A DNA stretch of 64,000 nucleotides, taken from assembly GCF_036702665.1 (NCBI RefSeq), contig NZ_JAUBUN010000017.1, positions 41,769-105,768 of the forward strand. Direction: 5' to 3'. This DNA comes from Microcoleus sp. Aus8_D2. GTDB lineage: Bacteria > Cyanobacteriota > Cyanobacteriia > Cyanobacteriales > Microcoleaceae. Position numbers and translations under genes: made by a program. A model generated the notes under the pieces. It saw only the letters and a program-made list of their open reading frames with translations, was not told the origin of the DNA and did no database searches. Below, in pieces: positions 1 through 8,343 of the stretch (within the stretch, counting starts at the first letter, position 1; each line of letters opens with the position of its first letter).

Positions 1-1726
1 CCAAGTCAATCGACTAGAAGCTGTGGCTGTCCGCCAGTTTATTGAAAAAAAATTACCTACTGCTGAAAACTCAATGCGGAAAGCCGCAGCAGAACTGAGC
101 AGATTTAAAGAAGGCAATAAAGTAGTTAATTTAGAAGAAGAAGCTAGATCTGCCGTGTCAGTTATGGCGCGTTTAGAAAGCCAAATAGATGACGCTAAGT
201 CGGATTTTGTCAAAGCAAGTGCTAAGTCCGAAGCATTCCAAAAAGAATTGCAGATGAATCCGCAGCAGGCATTAACTGCGAGCAACCTCAGCCAGTCTAG
301 TGCTGTGCAGGAAGCTTTGAAAGAATACCAGCAGATAGAACGGCAGTTGAAACTCGAGCAAAATCGCTATCTGGATACTTCACCTATAATAACTAGGCTA
401 GAAACTAAGAAATCTACCCTGAAAGCTCTACTGGACAAGCAAATACAGCAGGTTCCGGGTGGTCAGCAACAAGGGTATGACGGAAATTTGCAGATAGGAG
501 AAGTGAAGCCAAGACTGATCGAAGAGTTTGTCAAAGTAGATGTAGAGCGGCAAGGTTTAGCTGAGCGAGTTTCTATTTTATCAAACGCGCTAGCTAGCTA
601 CAAGCAGCGGGTACATAATTTGCCCAAGCTGGAGAAAGAACAGCGCGAGCTATCCAGAAAACTGCAAGAAACCGAATCTGCTTATGCAGAATTGCAAAAA
701 AAACTTCAGGAAATTCGGATCGCAGAAAGTCAGAAAGTGGGTAACGCTCGCATTATCCAAAAAGCTAGTGTTCCTCAAGAACCAATTGCTTCTCGCAAAT
801 CTCTATTGCTAGTTTCGGGTAGTTTGCTGGGAACCTTGCTAGGTATAGCTACGGCTATAGCTTTAGAATCTCAAGACAAATCTGTCAAAACTATTGAGGA
901 AGCAAAGGAATTGTTTGGACTCACCTTGCTGGGCGTGATTCCTGCTCATAAATTTCAAAAAAATAGCTGGCGAAATTTCCTGCGGCCTAGTTCTGGTGCT
1001 GGGGATTCGGAACCATCTTCTCGACAAATTGTTGTGAAAGATACTCCTCACACTAATGTCAGTGCTGCTTACCGGATGCTTCAAGCAAATCTGAGGTTTC
1101 TTAGTTCGGATACACAACTAAAGGTGATTGTGGTTAGCAGTTCACTCCCGCATGAGGGGAAGTCTACGGTAGCTGCTAATTTGGCTGCGACGGTGGCTCA
1201 ATTGGGACGAAGGGTTTTGCTGGTAGATGCGGATATGCACCGCCCGGTTCAGCACCGAATTTGGGAACTTGCTAATCAGGTGGGTTTGAGCAATGTGATT
1301 GTGGGACAAGCTGAGTTGAAAAGTGCGATCGCCCAAGTGATGGATAATTTAGATGTGCTCAGTTGTGGGGTGATTCCGCCTAACCCAATGGCTCTATTGG
1401 AATCGCAGCGGATAACTTCATTAATTAAACAATTTTCGAGTAATTACGATTTAGTCGTTATTGATAGTCCTTCTTTGAACGTAGCTGCTGATGCTCTGAT
1501 CCTGGGTAAAAAGGCAGATGGTATTTTATTGGTGGCGCGGCCGGGAGTGCTGTATTCTGGTAGTGTGGCTTTTGCTAAAGATTTGTTAAAGAAATCTAGT
1601 CAACACGTACTCGGTATGGTAGTGAATGGGGTGAGTCCGAAGAATGAACCGCACAGTCATTATTATTTTACGAATGAGTCGTACACTCAAGTACAAAGTC
1701 CGAGTAAAAATCAGAAGAGAGTGTGA
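1..1726 (+). CDS. Polysaccharide biosynthesis tyrosine autokinase / chain-length determinant (Wzc/GumC-like). 5' end truncated by window edge (frame open to position 2).
   Basis: Long coiled-coil Wzz-type region, second TM segment (LLLVSGSLLGTLLGIATAIAL), then CpsD/CapB-type P-loop kinase domain with Walker A SSSLPHEGKSTVAANLAA, Walker A' LLVDADMHRP, DxD (VVIDSPS) and Tyr-rich C-terminal tail (HSHYYFTNESYTQ). ORF has no stop upstream to window start. Confidence 0.75.
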   Translation, partial: QVNRLEAVAVRQFIEKKLPTAENSMRKAAAELSRFKEGNKVVNLEEEARSAVSVMARLESQIDDAKSDFVKASAKSEAFQKELQMNPQQALTASNLSQSSAVQEALKEYQQIERQLKLEQNRYLDTSPIITRLETKKSTLKALLDKQIQQVPGGQQQGYDGNLQIGEVKPRLIEEFVKVDVERQGLAERVSILSNALASYKQRVHNLPKLEKEQRELSRKLQETESAYAELQKKLQEIRIAESQKVGNARIIQKASVPQEPIASRKSLLLVSGSLLGTLLGIATAIALESQDKSVKTIEEAKELFGLTLLGVIPAHKFQKNSWRNFLRPSSGAGDSEPSSRQIVVKDTPHTNVSAAYRMLQANLRFLSSDTQLKVIVVSSSLPHEGKSTVAANLAATVAQLGRRVLLVDADMHRPVQHRIWELANQVGLSNVIVGQAELKSAIAQVMDNLDVLSCGVIPPNPMALLESQRITSLIKQFSSNYDLVVIDSPSLNVAADALILGKKADGILLVARPGVLYSGSVAFAKDLLKKSSQHVLGMVVNGVSPKNEPHSHYYFTNESYTQVQSPSKNQKRV

Positions 1727-1840
1727 TTTAGGGTTGATCAAAAAAATAGGGGCAACCACGGGGGGATTGCCCCTACGAAATGCTACAAATAGACTTGCTG
1801 AGTTTTTGCGCTCTCAAGAAGTTGCGTAAGTTTTGTCGAA

Positions 1841-1881
1841 AAAGTACGCGCGGCGCAGCTATCCCTCTTCGTGAATCGCCC
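1841..1881. repeat. Left copy of a perfect 41-bp inverted repeat (aaagtacgcgcggcgcagctatccctcttcgtgaatcgccc)
   Basis: Exact reverse complement of 2709..2749. Read directly from sequence. Confidence 0.9.
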
Positions 1882-1906
1882 TCGCAATTGGTTTAAGCTA
1901 AGACAG

Positions 1907-1946
1907 AAAAGGGCGATCGGGCGATCGAGAAGTGCGATCGCCCTTT
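1907..1946. terminator. HIP1-based hairpin (aaagggcgatcg...cgatcgcccttt), candidate bidirectional terminator between convergent genes
   Basis: 11-bp GC-rich stem with T-run on plus side. Lies between stop of the Wzc-like gene (1726) and stop of the minus-strand ORF (1958). Confidence 0.35.
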
Positions 1947-1957
1947 ATGACAAACTT

Positions 1958-2185
1958 CTAGCTGCTTTCGCTACTGCTAGGAACAGCGTAAGGATTGACA
2001 TCAGCATTAAACACAATGACAAAGTGAGCATTCGGGATTAACTGTCGGATAATCCGCAGATGGCCGTCAGCATCAGAATGCCTGAAAAAATGGGCTACAG
2101 TAATTCGCTGCATATTGGGCAGCAAACGAACTATCAGCCACCTGTTGAGGCGGTCTTTGTAAGGCATAATTAAGTTGGTCTCCAT
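1958..2185 (-). CDS. Hypothetical small protein (75 aa), possible PIN-like/DUF5615-type toxin partner of the adjacent HTH gene
   Basis: Intact ORF divergent from an XRE HTH gene inside the IR-bounded cassette. No confident motif match. Confidence 0.3.
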   Translation of the reverse strand: METNLIMPYKDRLNRWLIVRLLPNMQRITVAHFFRHSDADGHLRIIRQLIPNAHFVIVFNADVNPYAVPSSSESS

Positions 2186-2394
2186 TTAGTGTTGGATTTT
2201 TCTGCACGGGAATGGTCGCCAAAGCCAGTTCAATGCTTGTCGAGGGCGCGGACTGGCTTTTGACTTTTTTTCAGACTTGGCGCGTCTAGTTCCTAATTTC
2301 AGAGAAGACTAGAGAAATTAGGTTGTTTGTAGTTCCTATTTTTACCAATGGCTTTCTATAAAGTCAATAGTTTTTGACAAAAATTGCCTAAAAT

Positions 2395-2475
2395 AATTAA
2401 CTATATATAGTCAATTAATGTAGATCTTCAGTTGACTACATATAGTCAACTGAATACATATAATCAACTGCATGA
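2395..2475. promoter_or_regulatory. Operator-like palindrome/direct-repeat cluster upstream of XRE regulator
   Basis: tagtcaattaatgtagatcttcagttgacta is a palindrome (tagtcaa/ttgacta). atatagtcaa, atatagtcaactg and atataatcaactg are direct repeats ending 10 bp before the ATG at 2486. Confidence 0.5.
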
Positions 2476-2485
2476 GGGATAGATA

Positions 2486-2683
2486 ATGACGCTGGGACAA
2501 AAGCTAAGAAAACGACGTGAAAGTCTCCGTTTAACTCGGATACAAGTGGCAAAGGCGTGCCATGTTGTGCAATCGACGGTGATCAACTGGGAGACTGACA
2601 GACACGTACCCAAGCTTTACCCCGTACAGATGAAGGCGCTGTGTGATTTACTGAAATTCTCGATCGAAGATTTGGTGGAATAG
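2486..2683 (+). CDS. XRE-family helix-turn-helix transcriptional regulator (Cro/C1-type), 65 aa
   Basis: LGQKLRKRRESLRLTRIQVAKACHVVQSTVINWETDRHVP is a classic HTH_3 pattern (..R...L.T...A......ST...E.G...P). Confidence 0.7.
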   Translation: MTLGQKLRKRRESLRLTRIQVAKACHVVQSTVINWETDRHVPKLYPVQMKALCDLLKFSIEDLVE

Positions 2684-2708
2684 TCTGGGGAGTTGAGGCG
2701 GGTGGGTT

Positions 2709-2749
2709 GGGCGATTCACGAAGAGGGATAGCTGCGCCGCGCGTACTTT
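2709..2749. repeat. Right copy of the perfect 41-bp inverted repeat
   Basis: gggcgattcacgaagagggatagctgcgccgcgcgtacttt is the exact reverse complement of 1841..1881. Confidence 0.9.
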
Positions 2750-2995
2750 TGCTGGGTTGGGCGATGCCTGTGGCTGGCTACGCCTACGCACTTCGTTTGA
2801 GCTAAGTAGATGAGTCGGAAAATATGTATGTATGTCATTGCGAGTGAAACGCAGTGAAACGAAGCAATCGCAGGGGTTATGACAGCAATACACATTCTGT
2901 AACCAGCGGTAAAGTTTATTTGCACCTACCTACTTAAGGCTGCCAAAAAGTAAGGATTAAACTGTGCAACTGATATTAAAAGCGGTATCATAAAA

Positions 2996-3304
2996 ATGTC
3001 GATAGCGGAGCAAATTGTGATGAATATATCTTTGACTTCAGAACTCGAACGGTTAATCCAAGAACAGGTAAAAAAAGGTAAATATTCCTCAGCGAGTGAG
3101 ATGGTGGGGGAAGCTTTGCGGTTGTTGTGGGAGCGCGATCGCATTAAGGAGAAGCGTCTTGCTGACTTGAAGGAAAAAATTCGAGTAGGGATAGAAGAAT
3201 TAGATCGCGGTGAAGGGATTGATGGCGAAGAGGTATTTGATGAAATCGAGGAAGATATTTGTCGGATAGAGGCGCAAATGCAGCAAGCTGAGGAGGTCAA
3301 GTAA
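2996..3304 (+). CDS. parD: ParD-family (RHH) type II antitoxin. Alternative start at 3020 (MNISLT...).
   Basis: KGKYSSASEMVGEALRLLWERD matches the ParD/COG3609 signature (G.Y.SASEV.R.ALRLLE). Acidic C-terminus. Stop overlaps start of downstream toxin gene by 1 nt (TAATG). Confidence 0.75.
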   Translation: MSIAEQIVMNISLTSELERLIQEQVKKGKYSSASEMVGEALRLLWERDRIKEKRLADLKEKIRVGIEELDRGEGIDGEEVFDEIEEDICRIEAQMQQAEEVK

Positions 3305-3627
3305 TGACTCGGTATATTTTAGCACCTTCAGCGAAGCGTGAATTGAAAGAGATTGTCCGCTATATTGCTCAGTTTAACCCGGATTCTGCGAAAAGACTCA
3401 AGGAAGCGATTAAGCAGCAGTGCAAGTTATTGGTTGATTTTCCAAGTATAGGGAGAAGTCGGGATGAATTGGAGCTGGGTTTGCGGAGTTTTTTAGTAGA
3501 AGATTACTTGATTTTTTATCGAGCTGTCAGTGGAAATATTGAAATTGTGAGAATAGTCAGCGGTTATCGGGATATAGAATTACTTTTTTCAGGCGAGTCT
3601 AGCGGTGAAGAGGAAGAAGGGATTTGA
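3304..3627 (+). CDS. parE: ParE/RelE-family type II toxin
   Basis: 107 aa. LAPSAKRELKEIVRYIAQFNPDSAKRL ... DYLIFYRAVSGNIEIVRIVSGYRD is typical ParE/RelE fold sequence. Translationally coupled to parD. Confidence 0.75.
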   Translation: MTRYILAPSAKRELKEIVRYIAQFNPDSAKRLKEAIKQQCKLLVDFPSIGRSRDELELGLRSFLVEDYLIFYRAVSGNIEIVRIVSGYRDIELLFSGESSGEEEEGI

Positions 3628-3761
3628 AGGGAAGGGGCGGAAATGGTATTAGCACTGTGGAAGTGCGATCGCACTTCCAGACTTTAGTCGCTTCACCCTA
3701 CCAATCGGTTTATAAAAAAGCTTGATACCACAAAAATGTTGGGTTTGTGTCCTGGATTCTT

Positions 3762-3995
3762 GAAAAGAACAGGTGCGTCGCTATTAGATGGTCGCTTTTT
3801 TCTTGAGAATTGTCAATGGATCCACACCCTACAGAGCTTGAAAAAAAGAGGTGCGTCGCTATTAGATGGTCGCTTTTTTCTTGAGAATTGTCAATGGATC
3901 CACACCCTACAGAGCTTGAAAAAAAGAGGTGCGTCGCTATTAGATGGTCGCTTTTTTCTTGAGAATTGTCAATGGATCCACACCCTACAGAGCTT
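3762..3995. repeat. Tandem repeat, 3 copies of a 78-bp unit
   Basis: Unit aggtgcgtcgctattagatggtcgcttttttcttgagaattgtcaatggatccacaccctacagagcttgaaaaaaag recurs at 3771, 3849 and 3927. 78 = 26 codons, so long ORFs open in both strands (3710..4051, 3736..4038) that I regard as artefacts. Confidence 0.9.
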
Positions 3996-4017
3996 GAGAT
4001 GCTTCCAACATAACTAT

Positions 4018-6681
4018 TTACCCGTTCCCTCCCAATGACATCTGAACCCAACGGCGAAATAGTTCCACACTAATACAGTAGCAACCATCACTTTGTTGAA
4101 CCACATCGTGACGTTCCAGGGTTTTTAATGCTTCCTCTAAACTTTTTCTATCCATCCCTATTTCTGCACTCAGCCTGTCGAAATTCATTCCGTCTAAGTG
4201 AGGTGCTAGTGCTCTTAAAATCTGCTGTTGTCCCGGTGCACCTTCCATTGCTTGACCCCAAATTCCTGTAAAATAGTAGCGACCTCTGCTGAAAAAATCC
4301 GGGTCATTGATGACTGTTTCCACATCTTCTATGCTAAACATTGGATCGCGGGGGTGTCCCATTTCAAATACTTGGTCGTTGTAGTGGCGGACTAATAGAA
4401 ATCCGATTAATTGCGTGAGATAGGGTTGGCCGCCTGTTAGTTCGTAAATGCGATCGAGTGCTTCCGGTTTGTAGTCGAGGAGGAAATCATCATCGGGATT
4501 GGCTAAAACTTGGCGAGTTGCACCCAAACTCAGGAAACCGACTCGGATGGGGATAATGCTAGCAAAAAAAGGATTGAAATAATCCTCGGTCATTTCGTCT
4601 AAGGTGTGCAATCCGGCAAACGCAAAGGCTATTTTAGAACTCATTTGCACCATGCCGCGCAAGAAACCGATAAAATCGCGATCGATTTTCCCAGCGTCGA
4701 TCAATTCTTCGATTTTTTCAAACTCGTCTAAAGCAACGATCAATCCGCCTTCTATATTTCCGATGACTTGTTCGATATAGCGTCGAAAAGTGATATAGGG
4801 CAAATCGAGTAAATCGCGATCGCCCGGAGGTGCAATTTTGACTGTTTTGGCAATGGCATCGGTAACGAATATGAGCAATTCGCCGACTCCCTGAGAACAA
4901 TCTGCCACCAGCGACACATTGACATAGGCTACCTGTACCTTTGCTCCGAGGCAGTTGCTAGCATTCAACAAAATTGAAGTTTTCCCCATCCGCCGATGAC
5001 CGTAGAGAGCAACAGATTGCAGGCGATCGCCCTGTACCCACAACTCCTCTAGCTCTCTGATGATGTCTTCGCGGCCGACAAACTGATTGCCTTGGACTGG
5101 ATCGCCTATGGTATAGGGGTTGCTGACAGGTTGAGTAATTGAAATATCTCCTATTTCAACTGTGAATTGCAGTAATATCTCTAACCATTTTTTGACTATT
5201 TTGACAATTAAATTTCGTTCAGATATAGGTATAACTCCAGCTTGATTTAAGATAGTTTTAAGCTGACCTAATGCTCGGTTGCTGGCAAGAGAACGGGCAA
5301 AAAGAGATACACTATTCTGGATAAGTTGAACATCGACTATTACCCGACGCAGAGAGGCAATTGCTTCCCAAGTAGTCCCGCGAAGCAGAGGTGGATTTGG
5401 GGAAGGTGGCAGTTTCAAGGCGGCAATCTCGGCTAGTTCTGCTGTTTGGTGACAACTTGTGAGAATTTGCGCTAAGGCAAACATCTCCTCTCCATAAAGC
5501 AAATCTCGGACTACAGCAAAAGCTGCTGTAGCTTTGTCTGGTTCCTGTTCGTGGAGATACCAGAAACCAGCGGCAGAGGCACGGGCAGGAGTATTTAAAC
5601 GAATTTCTGTTTGAAAACGAGCTTGAATTTGTTGTTTCCAAGGTATGAAGCTGAAAAAACCTGCCACTGCTTCTAACTTCATTTTTTGACTAAGAGAAGC
5701 TGAGGCAAAACGCACTAAATTCCAATCATAAGGATTTTCTGATAATTGAGCGAGGCGATAGATGATTTGGTCTTTTGGTGTCTCTGCTAGTACGCAATTT
5801 ACAGCTTTAATAACCGGGATAAACTGAAGAGTAAATTTTAGTAGTTCGTCAATGTTGTGCAATCCTGTTTCCCAATCCCGCCTCAGCCAATTAGCTATTT
5901 GAGCAGACAGGTAAGGAAGGGGAAGCGGGGTAATGTGAGGAAATTGTCTATTTTGCTGTTGGCGCTGGAGTAGGATAGACGGTAAAGCGAACAGCCAATT
6001 TTCAGGACGTGCGATCGCCACGACTGACGCCAATCCTAACCCCAAGCCCAACGCCACGCCAAACCTCACGCCGGAACCCACACCGGACAATACGCCCAAA
6101 CCCACACCCAACCCCGCACCCATCCCTACAGCAGACGCCACGCCCACTCCCACACCTGACCTCACGCCCAAGCTAATACCTAATGCCAGGCCTAACCCCA
6201 GGCCGGACGCCACGCTGGACGCTATGCCGGAGGCCGCGCCGTAGGTCATGCCCAAAACCATGCCGAACGCCATGCCGAATGCCACACCGGATGCTACGCC
6301 GAACTCCACGGCCAACCCCACGCCATAGGCAACAGGGAACCCTACGCCTAACACTACAACCCACCAATTAATAGGAATACTGAGGCCTAAAAAAAATATA
6401 TTAAAACCTAGAGTGATAGCAAGTATTAATATCAAAGCTTGCAAAATTAACTGACGCTGGACTGGATTTTGACGCAACCAATCCCACCTTTCTCGCCACG
6501 TTTTGGCATCTTTTAAATTAGATTCACCCCCAAAAATAAACTCATACCACCGCACAGCTTGAGGAAAGAAAAACACCCAATATAACAATCGCAGGTAATC
6601 TAAAGGATTCGACAAAGAAAGAGGACGCTTCAGTTTGGGAGCTAAATCTAATCGAGGAACGGGGTGATGGTTTTGATTCAT
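4018..6681 (-). CDS. Membrane-anchored AAA-like (PF14516/AAA_35-type) P-loop NTPase, 887 aa
   Basis: N-terminal ~250 aa has several TM helices packed with GxxxG/GxxxA repeats (GVGFPVAYGVGLAVEFGVASGVAFGMAFGMVLGM...). Central helical region. C-terminal NTPase with Walker A GHRRMGKTSILL and Walker B LIVALDEFEK, then winged-helix-like tail. Confidence 0.6.
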   Translation of the reverse strand: MNQNHHPVPRLDLAPKLKRPLSLSNPLDYLRLLYWVFFFPQAVRWYEFIFGGESNLKDAKTWRERWDWLRQNPVQRQLILQALILILAITLGFNIFFLGLSIPINWWVVVLGVGFPVAYGVGLAVEFGVASGVAFGMAFGMVLGMTYGAASGIASSVASGLGLGLALGISLGVRSGVGVGVASAVGMGAGLGVGLGVLSGVGSGVRFGVALGLGLGLASVVAIARPENWLFALPSILLQRQQQNRQFPHITPLPLPYLSAQIANWLRRDWETGLHNIDELLKFTLQFIPVIKAVNCVLAETPKDQIIYRLAQLSENPYDWNLVRFASASLSQKMKLEAVAGFFSFIPWKQQIQARFQTEIRLNTPARASAAGFWYLHEQEPDKATAAFAVVRDLLYGEEMFALAQILTSCHQTAELAEIAALKLPPSPNPPLLRGTTWEAIASLRRVIVDVQLIQNSVSLFARSLASNRALGQLKTILNQAGVIPISERNLIVKIVKKWLEILLQFTVEIGDISITQPVSNPYTIGDPVQGNQFVGREDIIRELEELWVQGDRLQSVALYGHRRMGKTSILLNASNCLGAKVQVAYVNVSLVADCSQGVGELLIFVTDAIAKTVKIAPPGDRDLLDLPYITFRRYIEQVIGNIEGGLIVALDEFEKIEELIDAGKIDRDFIGFLRGMVQMSSKIAFAFAGLHTLDEMTEDYFNPFFASIIPIRVGFLSLGATRQVLANPDDDFLLDYKPEALDRIYELTGGQPYLTQLIGFLLVRHYNDQVFEMGHPRDPMFSIEDVETVINDPDFFSRGRYYFTGIWGQAMEGAPGQQQILRALAPHLDGMNFDRLSAEIGMDRKSLEEALKTLERHDVVQQSDGCYCISVELFRRWVQMSLGGNG

Positions 6682-6785
6682 AAAATAGGTGGAGATAAAT
6701 AAAATTTAGGATTGGTTATATAGCAGAAGGAAGTTCGGCAACTGATTTTGTAACTGATTATTTCAGGTCGATCGAGCGTTATTTC

Positions 6786-6849
6786 CGTAGGGGCGGGTTC
6801 ACCAACAATCATTGCCAAAAATCGACAATTTCAAAAACCCGCCCCGGCC
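6786..6849. repeat. Mini-hairpin dispersed repeat (GTAGGGGCGGGTTCACC ... AAACCCGCCCC family)
   Basis: Terminal inverted repeats ggggcgggtt / aacccgcccc flank ~35 bp. Same family at 29248, 54658, 54781, and as the building block of the 6948..7300 array. Confidence 0.7.
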
Positions 6850-6947
6850 TATGTATTATGCTCGAATACCGTTCAGTGTTTGAAAAGAAGGTAGATAGGG
6901 ATTTGTCGTTGGGTGAGTGAGGGCAGGTTTATGAGATTTGTTGGTTA

Positions 6948-7300
6948 ATGGCAATTATTGTTGGCGAACCTGCCCCTACTGGATATTTGGTTATTGGTAG
7001 ATTGGGATTTGTCGTTGGGTGGGGGCAGGTTTATGATAATTGTCGGTTGGTGGCAATTATTGTTGGCGAACCTGCCCCTACTGGATATTTGGTTATTGGT
7101 AGATTGGGATTTATCGTTGGGTGGGGGCAGGTTTATCAGATTTGTTGGTTGGTGGCAATTATTGTTGGTGAACCTGCCCCTACTGGATATTTGGTTATTG
7201 GTAGATTGGGATTTGTCGTTGGGTGGGGGCAGGTTTATCAGAATTGTTGGTTGGCGACAATTATTGTTGGTGAACCTGCCCCTACAAAATATTGGATCGA
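6948..7300. repeat. Tandem array, ~3.5 copies of a 102-bp unit, each carrying an internal hairpin (gaacctgcccctac / gggggcaggttta)
   Basis: ggcaattattgttggcgaacctgcccc recurs at 6950, 7052, 7154 and 7256. 102 = 34 codons, producing artefactual ORFs 6948..7400 and 6958..7377. Confidence 0.9.
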
Positions 7301-8343
7301 TCGCAAAGATAGCGATCGTAAGTTTGATAGCACAACTGCATCAATTTCTGAGGATAGCCACCACTTTCAGCAATTAAACTCGCAATTTCATCCTCTGTAA
7401 AACTCACGGGTTGGGCAACAGGTGTTAACCAATCAGCCTGGAGGCGGCTTGCAATAAATTTGCGACTGATTTCATCATCCCATCGCTTCAGAGTTTCCTC
7501 AATGCAAATTCCTTTGAAAGGAGATGTCATATTTTGGTCTTGACTGTCAGGAAACAGCGTATCGAGAGAGGTGCAGGCGGCGACAACTAGACGCAAAGGT
7601 GCGTTTGTTCCCTCCGCTAAACCCCGCAATTGACCGCGTATTTGGTTAGTAAATCCATTCCAGTTCATTTTCTCAACTTCATCTAAAAGCAACAGCAGTC
7701 GGTGCGATTCTAAAGCCCGTTTTAGTAAATATCCCTTCGCTATATCTATATTGACTTCGCTGCACAAAGCACAGTAAAAATCATCTTCATCATAAACATC
7801 TTGCAAGTTGAGGTAAATGGGTTGGCGCGGAGGACGGAGTTGATTTGGTGCTTGTTGGTAAATGGCTTGTAGCAGAGAACTTTTGCCGATCGCTCTTTCG
7901 CCAACAATTGCTACACTACTGCCACTATTCAGAGTCTCGAATACCCGCCGAATTTCCCGCTGTCTGCCAAAGAAAAAGCGGCGATCGTCTATTTTGCCAC
8001 TTGTCGGACGAAAGGGATTATCGTATTTGATATTTGGCTGTTCTATTTCTGGGATGGGATTGTGATTTGGTAGTATTGGGGGCGGTGGCGTTCCATTGGG
8101 TTCTCGAATTTCCTGCCAATCCAACTCTAAAGCCTTGCAAATTCCCACAAAATACTGGCTGCTGACACTCTTCTGGGTAAAAAACTTATGAATAACTTGA
8201 ATATCAATCCCTTCCTTGGACTTTTTGCCCTCCCCTATTACAACTCGATCGGCTAAGTCTTGGCGACTCCAGCCTTTGTCTGTAAAACGTATATTTATTT
8301 TTTCGATTCCTGCCTCGGATGCTTTGAGCGACGCCATAGCCAA
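7282..8343 (-). CDS. HTH-like N-terminus + AAA/STAND-type P-loop NTPase, 353 aa
   Basis: N-terminus DKGWSRQDLADRVV...IQVIHKF looks like an HTH. FFFGRQREIRRVFETLNSGSSVAIVGERAIGKSSLLQAI is Walker A. LLLLDEVEKMN is Walker B. Same FxGRxxEI...G.RxxGK(S/T)SLL arrangement as the neighbouring 887-aa protein. The 3' end may be a few codons shorter because it overlaps the repeat array. Confidence 0.55.
   Translation of the reverse strand: MAMASLKASEAGIEKINIRFTDKGWSRQDLADRVVIGEGKKSKEGIDIQVIHKFFTQKSVSSQYFVGICKALELDWQEIREPNGTPPPPILPNHNPIPEIEQPNIKYDNPFRPTSGKIDDRRFFFGRQREIRRVFETLNSGSSVAIVGERAIGKSSLLQAIYQQAPNQLRPPRQPIYLNLQDVYDEDDFYCALCSEVNIDIAKGYLLKRALESHRLLLLLDEVEKMNWNGFTNQIRGQLRGLAEGTNAPLRLVVAACTSLDTLFPDSQDQNMTSPFKGICIEETLKRWDDEISRKFIASRLQADWLTPVAQPVSFTEDEIASLIAESGGYPQKLMQLCYQTYDRYLCDRSNIL

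Noticed and set aside
3710-4051. ORFs 3710..4051 (-) and 3736..4038 (+) with internally triplicated peptides
   Set aside because: Both lie entirely within a 3 x 78-bp in-frame tandem repeat. The mirror-image ORFs on both strands and repeat-derived sequence indicate artefacts.
6173-6371. Arg/Pro-rich ORFs 6173..6367 (-) and 6183..6371 (+)
   Set aside because: They are alternative-frame or antisense readings of the GC-rich Gly/Ala/Val repeat region of the 887-aa ATPase gene.
6948-7400. ORFs 6948..7400 and 6958..7377 (+)
   Set aside because: Generated by the 102-bp (34-codon) tandem array. Two overlapping frames are open, which is characteristic of repeat artefacts.
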